From Eledone cirrhosa (lineage: Eukaryota), in contig OZ024752.1 of assembly GCA_964016885.1 (NCBI GenBank), positions 20,398,001-20,462,000 of the forward strand: 64,000 nucleotides of DNA. The letters are read 5' to 3'. Under the pieces are notes generated by a model that saw only the letters and a list, made by a program, of their open reading frames with translations, did no database searches and had not been told where the DNA came from. This document shows positions 42,529 through 54,160 of this stretch, in pieces (positions within the stretch are counted from its first letter, which is position 1; each line of letters begins with the position of its first letter). The translations under genes and the position numbers were made by a program.

Positions 42529-45030
42529 TTAGGTAAGGCGGGTCTTCTCTATTACTGAGTACCGCCAAGGATCTCGGTCCAGTGACATTGTCTTGGAGAG
42601 GTGTAAGTGTGTGAGGTCGGAATTTATCAAGTCGTCCCAGGTTTTTCTGGGTTTGCCTACTCCGTGGCTACCGTCTATCTTTATTGCCCTGCACTTTTTT
42701 ATACAGCTGCCGTCTTTCATGCGCATCACGTGACCATACCAACGTAGCCTTCTCTCGAGTAAACAACATCTGATCCCTCTTATTTCTAATTTTTCCCTTA
42801 GTTCGTTAATGGTTTGCCGTTCACGTATATTACTATTACACATCCAGCGGAGCATGCAAGCTCCGTTCCTCTCTAATCTGCGTATATCCTCTGCACACAA
42901 TGCCCAGGTCTCACTTCCATGCAACATTGCTGTTCGTATGCAGGCATCATACAGCCTGCCTTTCATTTTTAGGGAGAACCCTTTAGCGGCTAATAGTGGT
43001 ATAAGCTCTCTGAACTTTTTCCATCCAGTTCTGACTCTAGCTACTGTACTTTCAGAGCACCCTCCCCCACTGCTGATTTTGTCACCCAGGTAAAGGAAGC
43101 TGTCCACTATTTCTATAGAACCCTCTGCGCAATTGAAAGAGCTAGTATTTTTGGGCACTTGCTGCTACTTATTGCACCAGAGCACCGGCCACATGTAAAA
43201 TCTATGTTCTTATTTAGCTTACCTGTGATCCCACTACATCTTTTATGCACCCATATTTTGCATTTGGGACATAAAATGGATTTTCTACCTACGCCTTTCC
43301 TACACACTGAGCATGGCCATTTCCCGGAAGGGACCGGTGCCCTATTTTCTTTCCTACAAACTAGAACTTTAGTCTTAACCAGGTTAATTTTAAGGCCTTT
43401 TGATTCTAGGCCGTGCTTCGATGTTTGGAATTTCTTCTCTAGCTCGGCCATTGATTCAACTATGAGCGTTAGATCATCTGCGTATAGGAGTTCCCATGGG
43501 CAGTCGCTCTGAACTCCACTGTTATAGCTTGAAGGGCAATAATAAATAGTAGGGGGCTAAGAACAGAGCCCTGATGGACACCAACTTTTACGCTAAACTC
43601 TTCACTATATTCGTTGTTAATTCTAACCTTGCTGACTGTTTCTTTATACATGGCTGGTATAGCTCTCACAAGCCATTCATCAACACCTAGTTTTCTAAGA
43701 GCCCACCAGATAACGGAACGGGGGACTCTATCGAAGGCTTTCTCCAAGTCGACAAAAGCTAAGTATAGGGGTTTACTTTTAGCTAGGTACTTCTCCTGTA
43801 GTTGTCGTACAATGAAAAGAACGTCTGTGGTACTTTTGCCTGACACAAACCCGAACTGCATTTCATCTAGATCAATTCTCTCTCTGATTAGTTGCGCTAT
43901 TACTTTTTCCGTGACCTTCATTACCTGGTTGATTAATTTAATGCCTCTATAGTTACTCCTATCTAGGGCATATCCTTTACCCTTGTAACAGTTAATGATG
44001 ATGCTGCTACGCCAGTCCTTCGGAACAACCCCATTCTGTATGACTTGGTTTACTATCCGGGTGACCATGGTGTGTCCCACCGTTCCAGAGGCTTTCAGCA
44101 TCTCAGCAACTATTTCCGAAGGCCCAGCCGCCTTACCCGTCTTCATATCTTTGATTGCCTTACTTATTATACTACCTTCGACTAACACTGCTGGTCCCTC
44201 TATTGGGTCGATGTGGGGAAGACTGTCTTTCTCCCATTTATTCTCCTCATTTAGTAGCCTTTCGTAGTGACACTTCCAAGCTACCTTCTTATCAGCGTCA
44301 GTTATGGCAAGTACACCATCATCATTAAGTACACACTTCTCCCCGACAATATCACGGTTTTCCTTGACACATTGCCTAGCAATCCTGAACACCTCACGGT
44401 TTTGGACCTCGCGTTGTAGAACATGCTTGAACTTTCTTTCCTCTGTTTCCCTTCTTGCGAAGTACACTTGTTTCCTAGCTTCCCTCCTGGCCACTTGATA
44501 GTCTTCTCTACTTCACCCATCCCGCCATACTTTCCAAGCCTGCTTTTTGGCCTTAATTGACTCCTCCACCTTACTGTTCCACCACCACGTTACTCTCCTC
44601 CTGCCTATAGGTCTGCTCCAGCCACAGACTTCATCTGCCGCCTTCAGCAGGTTAGCTTTCAGGAATTCCCACTGTTCCTCTATATTGTACGACTCGAAAT
44701 GTTCTTCCTTACTGTCGAAAGCATCAAGTAATATGCTTTTAAATTTATTTCTGGCTGTGGGGTCCTTTAGCTTCCATATTTTTCTCCTGAGGATAGTCCT
44801 CTTCTGCTGTCTACTACGTCTCGTCCTGACTATGAGGTCGCTAATTATCAGTCTATGTTGGGAGGTGCATTCTTCATGGGGGAGGGATTTAGTGTTAACA
44901 ACAGACACTCTGTCACGTCTTCTGGTAAGGATATAATCTACCTGGCTTGTGTGTTCCCCCGATCTATAGGTGATCAGGTGATTGTCACGTTTTTTGAAGT
45001 TAGTGTTACAGATAGTTAGGTTATTTGCGT
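42529..45030 (-). pseudogene. RTE endonuclease C-end, reverse transcriptase, PHD-like finger and C-terminal domain; frameshifts near 44515, 43505 and 43158
   Basis: The consecutive ORF-track pieces 44513..44908, 43469..44494, 43113..43451 and 42529..43158 join into a single RTE ORF. Confidence 0.92.
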
Positions 45031-45325
45031 TGTGAGTTCAATTCTCAGACCGGGTGATGTGTTGTTTCCTTGAGCAAGACACTTTATTTCACATTGCTCC
45101 AGTTTACTCAGCTGTAGAAATGAGATGATAGGGACTGAGGTCCTTATCATTCCACTGTAAAGTGGTCGTGCAGGTGCCGCGCAAAAAAGCACCCAGCACT
45201 CACTGTAAATGAGGTTGGTGTTAGGAAGGGCATCCAGCTGTAGAAATCAAGCCAGCATCAGTTCCCGTCCTACCCTTGCAAGCAGGGAAATGCGGACGTA
45301 AAATGAAATGATGATGATGATGATG
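45031..45325 (+). mobile_element. 5'-truncated tRNA/CORE-type SINE with an RTE-like 3' tail and (ATG)n, antisense within the LINE
   Basis: Box B GAGTTCAATTC and CORE-like CCTTGAGCAAGACACTT...CAGTTTACTCAGCTGTAGAAATGAG. The tail GGTTGGTGTTAGGAAGGGCATCCAGCTGTAGAAA...GGACGTAAAATGAA(ATG)n is shared with the LINE 3' end. Confidence 0.88.
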
Positions 45326-46131
45326 ACTCTGTCACGTCTTCTGGTAAGGATATAAACTACCTGGCTGGTATGTTCCCCTGATCTGTAGGTGATCAAGTGA
45401 TCGTCTCGTTTTTTGAAGTTCGTGTTACAGATAGTTAGGTTATTTGCGTCACAGAATTCCAGGATTCTGGAGCCTTCCTCATTTCTAGTACCAAACCCAT
45501 AGCCTCCGTGGATTCCATCACAGCCGTCACAATGTTGTCCAACGTGACCATTTAGGTCACCAGCAATAATTATATAGTCACTGTAGGTTATTTGGGAGGT
45601 AGTGAGCATCAGTGTCTCATAGAAACTGTCTTTTATAACGCCAGGCAGTCCGGATTGGGGCGCATACGCAGTTATTATCGTCACAGTAGTTCTATTTAGA
45701 ACAAGTCTTATTTTAATTATTCTGTCATTTATTCTATTTACGTTTATTATCTTATCGACCCATTTTTCTGCTAACATGATTCCTACCCCACCCAGCCCAT
45801 TGTCATTTCCCACCCAGAAAAGCTTATAGCATCGTTTTTTACCCACAATGAATCTAGCAGACCCGCCCCTCCACCTGGTCTCTTGGATACAGCAAACATC
45901 AACCTCCTTACGTTCAAGCATTTCTACAACCTCGTTAGAGTGGCCTTTTAAGGTGCCTACATTCATGGTACCAACTCTGAAGTTTTGGATTGCGTTTGGT
46001 GGGTGGGGTGCAGGGAGGGGTGAGGTGGATGGGGTTGGGGTTATGTTGGCCATCCGCGGCCGCAACAATGAGGGGGGAGCCTTGCCCTTTCGTCCGGCAG
46101 CATGAAGTGAATTTGTCGTTATCTTTGGCAT
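45326..46131 (-). pseudogene. RTE apurinic-like endonuclease, N-terminal part
   Basis: ORF 45247..46131 carries APE motifs and reads into the SINE tail below 45326. Confidence 0.9.
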
Positions 46132-46493
46132 TCTCTTCGGGTGTCCAGATTCTTCAGACTCTCCAGAAATTCCCTAGTTCATCCATCATATCGAAAAGCA
46201 ACCAGAAGTGATAGCATAGGCCGTTGACTTGTGATTGGTCCAAATAATAAGGTGGAGAATGGGGCGGGAGGGAGGGGTATGGGGTAGTTTGCGAGGAGAA
46301 GACTTATTATTTAGAACAACGTGGAGAAGATTTTTAGAACAGTGAGACAGAATTATAGAAAGACAATTATGAATAAGATTTTTTTTTATTCTGGGAGATT
46401 ATAGATATATAGATGAATGAACCGAGGGGGAGGGGCAAGAAGAAAATGAAATATGTACGTTACATTTCTTAGAAGCAGATAGATATATATATG

Positions 46494-46523
<30 letters not shown>

Positions 46524-46525
<2 letters not shown>

Positions 46526-47456
46526 ACCCCCACTCACACCTGCATTCAACCCTTTCCCCACCTCCCGTATACTAACACCCACTAACACCCCCTTCATCAA
46601 ACTACACACACACCAGTACACCACACTCCCTCCATCGAACTACACACACCCTTCTCTCTCCTCTTCCGACCATCTCTTCATGGAATACTCGTATGTGGAA
46701 CTTGACCACCGTGGAATCTACTAACATCATAGAAATTTACCAACATTTCAACCATCCTCTTACGGAATCATCTATATAACTCACCCCCACACACACCCCA
46801 AAATTTATTTTCTCCCACACGCCACCTACACCCACAACACGCTTAAACCCCACACACACGTGCTTTCCACCACATATTTACACCCTCAGCCTCCTGGTTC
46901 CTCTCCCCACCCCTCTATCCACACCCCCCACACACACCTCTTCCTGAACATGCAACCCCGTTCTTCCCCAACCCTTGCTTTCACATACACACACACACAC
47001 ACACACACACGTACACCTACATACACACACACACACACACACACACGTACACCTACACACACACACCACCTCCAGCCCTCCCCGCTCGGACACCCCGCCT
47101 CCCTCTCCCCACTCCACCCCCACACCCCACACCCTTCCACCACCTGTTTTACCCCTTTTTAATTTCAGTTTATTTTGATCATGCTTTTATATTTATTTCT
47201 ATTTCATTTCTTTTTATTTTGATCATGCTTTATTTTTATTTTTATTTTCAATTTCATTCGCACCGTTTCCTTTCGCTATATGTCTCTCCACCACTCCCCT
47301 ACACACCCTTTGAACTCTGTTCCCACACACTTCTCACCTGAGGAAGGGCTTATGCCCGAAACGTCGTTCCCCACCACCTCCCCACTCTCCAGAGCGTGAA
47401 ATTAATAAACATTCGTTGTACTGCCTCTCTGTTTTGTTCCTGTTCAAATTTTCCAT
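46524..47456 (+). mobile_element. C/A-rich 3' UTR/pLTR remnant of a Penelope-like element between (TA)n tracts
   Basis: Bounded by (TA)n. A minimal hammerhead at 47336 is followed by AATAAA and a T-rich terminus that joins (TA)n. No recognisable ORF. Confidence 0.6.
47336..47367 (+). ncRNA. Minimal type I hammerhead motif
   Basis: AC-CTGAGGA-A-GGGC-TTAT-GCCC-GAAA-CG-TC|GT. Stem II is 4 bp, stem III is the palindrome ACGT and stem I is weak. Confidence 0.7.
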
Positions 47457-47514
47457 TATATATATATATATATATATATATTATTATTATGTAATAAACA
47501 ACATAAGGCAATTA

Positions 47515-47574
47515 TTCCATTTACCAGTGGTTTCTTAAAAGCAAAAGGTTTTGCTTTCAATCCTCAGAATGAAA
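47515..47574 (-). ncRNA. Type I hammerhead ribozyme (family B)
   Basis: Reverse complement of the 49231-49290 motif, with an intact core. Confidence 0.82.
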
Positions 47575-47731
47575 AAATCCTGGTTTGTTTATTGAATTTG
47601 GATTTAAAAAAAACAAAAATGCAATCTATATGAAAGTGAGGCTGGGGAAGGAAGAAGGAAAGGAAAAATAAAATAAAACTACACATGCAAACACACACAC
47701 AAAAAAAACACAAAAGCATACATACACACAC

Positions 47732-47762
<31 letters not shown>

Positions 47763-47849
47763 CAAATATACATATACACATATATATACACATACACATA
47801 TATACACAGACACATACATACACATATACACATACATACACTCATACAT

Positions 47850-47884
<35 letters not shown>

Positions 47885-48526
47885 TATATATATACATATA
47901 TATATACACATATACATATGCATATATATATGTGTGTACAAGCATACACATATACAAACATAGCCATACACACACATATATATACATACATACATTCACA
48001 CAATCATACATATATACACACGTACATACATACACATACATAAATGCACTCCTCTACATATTCACACACGCAAATAAATATAAGAAAAAAAAAATATATA
48101 TATATATATTAAAAATATTTGACACCGTTACATAAGGCAGCTAACTGGACAGACACGCGTGGTAAGTAATACACACAAATGCACGTATACATACGTACGA
48201 AATAGTAAACACATACACACACTCTCACGCATAAATATACATATACAAATACATAAACACATACATACACATACATGCACAAACACGCACACGTATACAA
48301 TATATACACACACATATATGTATATGTAATTATTTTTTTTTTATTTATTTTTATGTATGTGTGGGTTTGTGTGTGGGTGTGTGTGTATATATGTGTGTGT
48401 GTTTGTATTTGGTTGTGCGTTCTTTTGATATATACGTATTTGCATGTGTATAATTGTTTAGCTATGTATGTATATGTGTGTTTACGTATTTATATGTGTG
48501 TGTGCGTTTATATTTTTATATTTTTG

Positions 48527-48579
<53 letters not shown>

Positions 48580-48781
48580 GTGTGTGTGTGTGTATATAAT
48601 TACATATACATGTGTGTGTTTATATTGTATGCGTGTACGTGTTTGCGTATGTATGTGTATGTACGTGTTTATGTATTTGTATATGTATATTTATGTGTGA
48701 GAGTGTGTGTATGTGTTTACTATTTCGAACGTATGTATATGTGCTTATGTGTGTATGTATATGTGTATATGTGTGTATATG

Positions 48782-48831
<50 letters not shown>

Positions 48832-48865
48832 GATATGTACATGTGTATATATATGTGTGTGTGTA

Positions 48866-48908
<43 letters not shown>

Positions 48909-48971
48909 ATGTATGAATATATGTATGTGTATATGTGTGTATATATGTGTATGTGTGTGTAGGTGTACGCT

Positions 48972-49029
<58 letters not shown>

Positions 49030-49230
49030 ATGTGTATATGTGTATGCGTGCAAATTATATGTGTATATATGTGTGTGTGTGTAAGTATGCTTTTGTGTTT
49101 TTTTGTGTGTGTTTGCATGTGTAGTTTTATTTTATTTTATTTTTCCTTTCCTTCTCCCTTTTCCAGCCTCACTTTCATATAGATTGCATTTTTGTTTTTA
49201 GAATCCATATTCAATAAACAAACCAGGATT

Positions 49231-49290
49231 TTTCATTCTGAGGATTGAAAGCAAAACCTTTTGCTTTTAAGAAACCACTGGTAAATGGAA
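49231..49290 (+). ncRNA. Type I hammerhead ribozyme (family B)
   Basis: TTTCATT-CTGAGGA-TTGAAAGCAAAA-CC-TTTTGCTTTTAA-GAAA-CCACTGG-TA|AATGGAA. All three stems pair and cleavage is predicted after 49283. Confidence 0.85.
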
Positions 49291-49514
49291 TAATTGCCTT
49301 ATGTTGTTTATTACATAATAATAATAATTAAGCTCTGTTGCTTACATAGAGCACTCTTTTTTCCTGGACTTTTCCGATGGAATTACTTCATCAATATGTA
49401 ATTATATACACACACACATGTGTGTATGTGTAAAACTCAGTCTTAGATAATTCATATGAACCTTACATATACATATATATAGTAGTAAAGTAATAAAGCA
49501 ACATAAGGCAATTA

Positions 49515-49574
49515 TTCCATTCACCAGTGGTTTCTTAAAAGCAAAAATTTTTTCCTTCAATCTACAGAATGAAA
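49515..49574 (-). ncRNA. Degenerate hammerhead motif (family B), probably inactive
   Basis: The core is CTGTAGA and the cleavage triplet is GTG, instead of CTGAGGA and GTA. Confidence 0.6.
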
Positions 49575-49874
49575 AAAACCTGGTCTATCCACATATACAT
49601 ACATATACACACACAAATATATACATATATATACACACACACATACACACATACACACACATACATACATATATATATACACACAAATATACATACACAT
49701 ACACATAGGTATGTGAAGGGCAGGGCAAAAAGAATATATGGGGGGGGGGGGGCATAAGAAAAGGTGAAATATAAGGGGAGGTAAGGGAGAAAAAAATAAG
49801 TAAATATACAAGAGTACAGAACGTAGAATCAGCAAAATAACAACCGTAGCAGAAGTAAAGAGCAGAGTGGGAGT

Positions 49875-50484
49875 TCAAGGCGGTTGATTTATCATAGGAG
49901 TGTCAATCCAGTTACAGATCAGATGCGATTTCAGATGAGGACAGCATCTGAAGATCTCAGTCTTTGAGTTAAGGCAAGCGGAAGTGGCTCTCAAGTTTAG
50001 CAAAATCCTATACTTTTCTGTGGTACACAAAGAACAATTCTTTGTGCCCCTTTGGTACTCCCTCGAATGGTCTAATATAGACCAATCAATAGAGTACGGG
50101 ATGTTACTATCCTTGAGTTCCCACACCTTACTTGCGAGGGCCGTTGATGTTCGTTTATCGGAGTGCTTAAAAGAAGCGACATGTGAGTAAAATCTGGTTT
50201 TAAACCTGTCCTGGGTCATACCGACATATCGCTCACTCCTGGCTGGCTGGTTGTTGATTACCGGTGTTATTTTAGCCTCATAAACGACAGATTTGGTGTT
50301 ACATTTACCCTGCAATGGGCATTCATCCGGCTTCCTGCAACTGCATCCTGGATTTATTCTCGTACGGTTTGAACTGGTGATTTTGGACTTCATAGATGGG
50401 CAACAAGAGTAGCTGATCTTAACTATGTTCCTATTAAATATCTTATAATATCTATGATTAGGAGGAAAATGTTTGTCTAATGTT
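49875..50484 (-). pseudogene. Naiad-type PLE RT-thumb end and GIY-YIG endonuclease, uninterrupted but 5'-truncated
   Basis: LDKHFPPNHRYYKIFNRNIVKISYSCCP...CSCRKPDECPLQGKC...VVY...YVGMT...FKTRFYSH...TALASKVWELK...CSLCTTEK...LNSKTEIFRCCPH. The first ~45 aa of the ORF-track call is antisense RT sequence. Confidence 0.92.
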
Positions 50485-50487
50485 TGA

Positions 50488-50658
50488 CTGATTAACCCGG
50501 CTAAATCCGAGGTTGGCCTTGCAAGTAAGAAAATCTTAAGAAAAATAATTCTCCAAATTAGAACTAACACTGACCTATCACAGTGGCTAAATACTTCCTC
50601 TGTTATTTCTTGGTTCAATAATATACAAGGTAAAAATAAGTGTAGATTTACCCAATTT
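50488..50658 (+). pseudogene. Inverted fragment of Naiad-type reverse transcriptase (absent from the ORF track)
   Basis: Manual translation LINPAKSEVGLASKKILRKIILQIRTNTDLSQWLNTSSVISWFNNIQGKNKCRFTQF matches the RLINPAKSE...QW.NT..VI.WF...F.QFD pattern of these PLEs and stops just before the catalytic Asp. Confidence 0.85.
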
Positions 50659-51062
50659 GCACCGAATACGATAACCGGAAAAAATGAAACGTTTTTCCGT
50701 TTATCGTTTTCGGTGCACCTGGCCGATTAACCCACTCGATATGCAAATTGGGCTACTCAGCCGTTAATATGCATCAGGTAAGTATATACGTTCAACAATC
50801 TGGCAGGAAGGTATACGTTGCTGACGATAGCTAATAAGCTTGAAACTAGTACAGCGTTCCTTTGTCAGTGTTGAACAAACGAGCAACGATGGTTGCTAGA
50901 CACTATGGCTTAATACGGGATGTTTGTTTACAAACACACCGAGCATTATAATAAATGTTCGGTGAATCCATACGTACATATATATATGTGTGCATGTATG
51001 TATATATATATACATACTACTGTACGTCTGTATACATATATGTATGTACGTGTACATACTTA
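50651..51062 (-). repeat. Solo, inverted, circularly permuted copy of the 420-bp satellite monomer with a short fold-back end
   Basis: ~50692-51062 is the reverse complement of the monomer (mostly B-type diagnostics). ~50658-50683 is sense-orientation monomer that pairs with ~50692-50717. It ends in (TA)n(GA)n. Confidence 0.93.
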
Positions 51063-51067
51063 TATAT

Positions 51068-51129
<62 letters not shown>

Positions 51130-51411
51130 GCAGAGAGACTGAGGAAGGCAATTAGTTATTACAAAAAACATATATACAGCATTTGATCCAGTTAATTCAC
51201 AGATAATAACAACAAAAGCTCTGAGTGAAGGATAAGAGGAGACAAAGAGAGTAAGACAAATAAAGAGTGAGATAAAGTGAAAAAGTTGAAATCAGAAGAA
51301 AATATATTCATAGAGAAGAAGGAAGGTTTTATCTGGTAAAAGAGATGACACAGGACTGAGATCTCTGGCATTACACAGTAATACAGAAGAACACACTTCC
51401 CACGGGAACTG

Positions 51412-53360
51412 GTTGTGTAGGTGTCACAACAAAAGCACCCTGTCCACACTGTAAAGGGGTCGTTTAAGTGTCACAACAAAAAGCACCAAGTCTACACTAT
51501 AAAGTGGTCATGTATGTGTCACAACAAAAAGGACACAGTACTCACTGTAAAGTGGTCTTTTAACTGTCACGACAAAAAGCACCCAGTCCACACTGTAAAG
51601 TGGTCGTGTACATGTCAGGACAAAAAGTGCCCAGTCCACACTGTAAAGTGGTCGTGTAGGAGTCACGACAAAAAGCATCTAGTCTACACTGTAAAGTGGT
51701 CGTGTAGGTGTCACGACAAAAAGGACACAGTCTACACTATAATGTGGTCGTGTATGTGTCACAACAAAAAGCACACAGTACACACTGTAAAGTGGTCGTT
51801 TAAGTGTCACAACAAAAAGCACCCAGTCCACACTGTAAAGTGGTCATGTAGATATCGCCACAAAAAGCACCCAGTCTACACTGTAAAGTGGTCGTGTAGG
51901 AGTCACGACAAAAAGCATCTAGTCCACACTGTAAAGTGGTCGTGTAGGTGTCACAACAAAAAGCACCCAGTCTACACTATAAGTGGTCATGTAGGTGTCA
52001 CGACAAAAAGGACACAGTCTACACTATAAGTGGTCCTGTGGGTGTCAACAAAAAGCACCCAGTCTACACTGTAAAGTGTTCATGTAGGTGTCACAACAAA
52101 AAGCACCCAGTCTACACTATAAGTTGTCCTGTAGGTGTCATGTCAAAAAGCACCCAGTCTACACTATAAAGTGGTCGTGTATGTCACAACAAAAAGCACC
52201 CAGTCTACACTATAAGTGGTCATGTAGGTGTCACAACAAAAAGCACCCAGTCTACACTATAAGTGGTCATGTAGATGTCACAACAAAAAGCACCCAGTCT
52301 ACACTATAAGTGGTCGTGTAGGTGTCATGACAAAAAGCACCCAGTCTACACTATAAAGTGGTCGTGTTGGTGTCACAACAAAAAGCACCCAGTCTACACT
52401 GTAAAGTGGTCGTGTAGGTGTCACGACAAAAAGCACCCAGTCTACACTAAAAGTGGTCATGTAGGTGTCACAACAAAAAGCACCCAGTCTACACTATAAA
52501 GTGGTCGTGAAGGTGTCATGACAAAAAGCACCCAGTCTACACTATAAGTGGTCATGTATTTATCACAACAAAAAGCACCCAGTCTACACTGTAAAGTGGT
52601 CGTGTAGGTGTCACGACAAAAAGCACCCAGTCTACACTATAAGTGGTCATGTAGGTGTCACAACAAACAGCACCCAGTCTACACTATAAATGGTCATGTA
52701 GGTATCATGACAAAAAGCACCCAGTCTACACTATAAGTGGTCGTGTAGGTGTCACAACAAAAAGCACCCAGTCTACACTATAAGTGGTCATGTAGGTGTC
52801 ATGACAAATAGCACCCAGTCTACACTATAAAGTGGTCATGTAGGTGTCATGACAAAAAGCACCCAGTCTACACTATAAGTGGTCATGTAGGAGTCACGAC
52901 AAAAAGCACCCAGTCTACACTGTAAAGTAGTCGTGTAGGAGTCATGACAAAAAGGACACAGTCTACACTATAAAGTGGTCCTGTAGGTGTCATGACAAAA
53001 AGCACCCAGTCTACACTATAAGTGGTCATGTATGTGTCACAACAAACAGCACCCAGTCTACACTATAAGTGGTCATGTAGGTGTCATGACAAAAAGCACC
53101 CAGTCTACACTATAAGTGGTCATGTAGGTGTCATGACAAAAAGCACCCAGTCTATACTATAAAGTGGTCGTGTAGGTGTCACGACAAAAAGCACCCAGTT
53201 TACACTGTAAAGTGGTCGTGTAGGTGTCATGACAAAAAGCACCCAGTCTATACTATAAAGTGGTCATGTAGGTGTCACAACAAAAAGCACCCAGTCTACA
53301 CTGTAAATGAGGTTGGCATTAGGAAGGGCATTCAGCTGTAGAAACCAAGCCAAAATCAGT
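51412..53360 (+). repeat. 43-44 bp minisatellite (~43 copies) ending in the RTE/SINE 3'-tail sequence
   Basis: Unit GTGGTCRTGTAGGTGTCAYRACAAAAAGCACCCAGTCTACACTRTAA(A), terminating in TGAGGTTGGCATTAGGAAGGGCATTCAGCTGTAGAAA. Confidence 0.93.
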
Positions 53361-53421
53361 TCTGTGCGAGGAAGGCATGGTTACCTGACCGAGCATTGGT
53401 GGTGGCGGTAATGGTAGTTGT

Positions 53422-53493
53422 GGTGATGGTGATGATGATGATGAAGGTGGTGTTGATGACGATGATGATGATGATGATGATGATGATTATGAT
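53422..53493. repeat. Degenerate (GAT)n microsatellite
   Basis: Read directly from the sequence; plausibly the tail of the element hosting the minisatellite. Confidence 0.8.
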
Positions 53494-53854
53494 ATCTAGT
53501 GCCAGGAACAAAACAAAGGAAAACCAAATTCCAAACTTGTGATTGGTGCCAATAACTGGAAGATCAAGTTTAATTTGAAAAAACACACTTGTTCTCGACT
53601 CATATTGTAATAATTTCTTTCAACTTGCTTTCATATATATTTTTACTTTGAACTTTTGTTAACAATTTTATTATGAACATTGGTCTTTTTAAGGATATTC
53701 AGATATTTTAATTCAAATAAGCTTTTATAGTTATCTGCAAAGCTTAGCATTCAAGCGTTAGGTTTAACTAGAAACAGATTGGTTTAATATAAATAGAATT
53801 TGTTTTGGTTAGAAATTACACAATATTTAGTCAAAACTAGAAACTTCTGAATGT

Positions 53855-54115
53855 GGAGGTGCATGGCCTAGTGGTAAGGGTGTTGAATTTGTGATCGTAA
53901 TGTCATGGGTTTATATCCTTAATTAGGATGTGTGTGGTCATCTTCAGCAAAACACTTCACGTAGTTCCAGAATACTCAGCTGAAAATGAGTATCAGCAAT
54001 AGCTAATGGTGAGACCCTGTGATAGAATGGCAGCCAGTCTAGGAGAAGGTCATGTACTCCCAGTCTCTGAAACCTGGATCACCAGTTCGGGTGAGCCTCC
54101 GAGCTCCAGACAGAC
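53855..54115 (+). mobile_element. Old degenerate tRNA-derived SINE
   Basis: GGAGGTGCATGGCCTAGTGGTAAGG (box A), decayed box B GGGTTTATATCC, and CORE-like TCTTCAGCAAAACACTT...ACTCAGCTGAAAATGAGTA. Confidence 0.65.
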
Positions 54116-54160
54116 ATTTAGATACTCCTGAGGTGACAAAGTGGTATTCATCAGAGCAGG

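Larger units (their letters stand above)
47481..50659. mobile_element. Naiad-type Penelope-like family B cluster: inverted pair of 3' UTR/pLTR copies (47481-48333 minus; ~48334-49400 plus) and an ORF-bearing copy (49485-50484 minus) with an inverted RT piece
   Basis: ~47481-47720 is the reverse complement of ~49085-49329, and ~48170-48333 is the reverse complement of ~48596-48744. A third pLTR copy lies at 49490-49583, with GIY-YIG and RT coding fragments beyond it. Confidence 0.85.

Noticed and set aside
51412-53310. CRISPR-like periodicity and Cys/His/Lys-rich ORFs
   Set aside because: The units are contiguous with no unique spacers and no cas genes, and 43/44-bp units shift frame.
53855-53930. 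tRNA gene
   Set aside because: Box B is decayed, there is no cloverleaf, and it continues into a SINE core.
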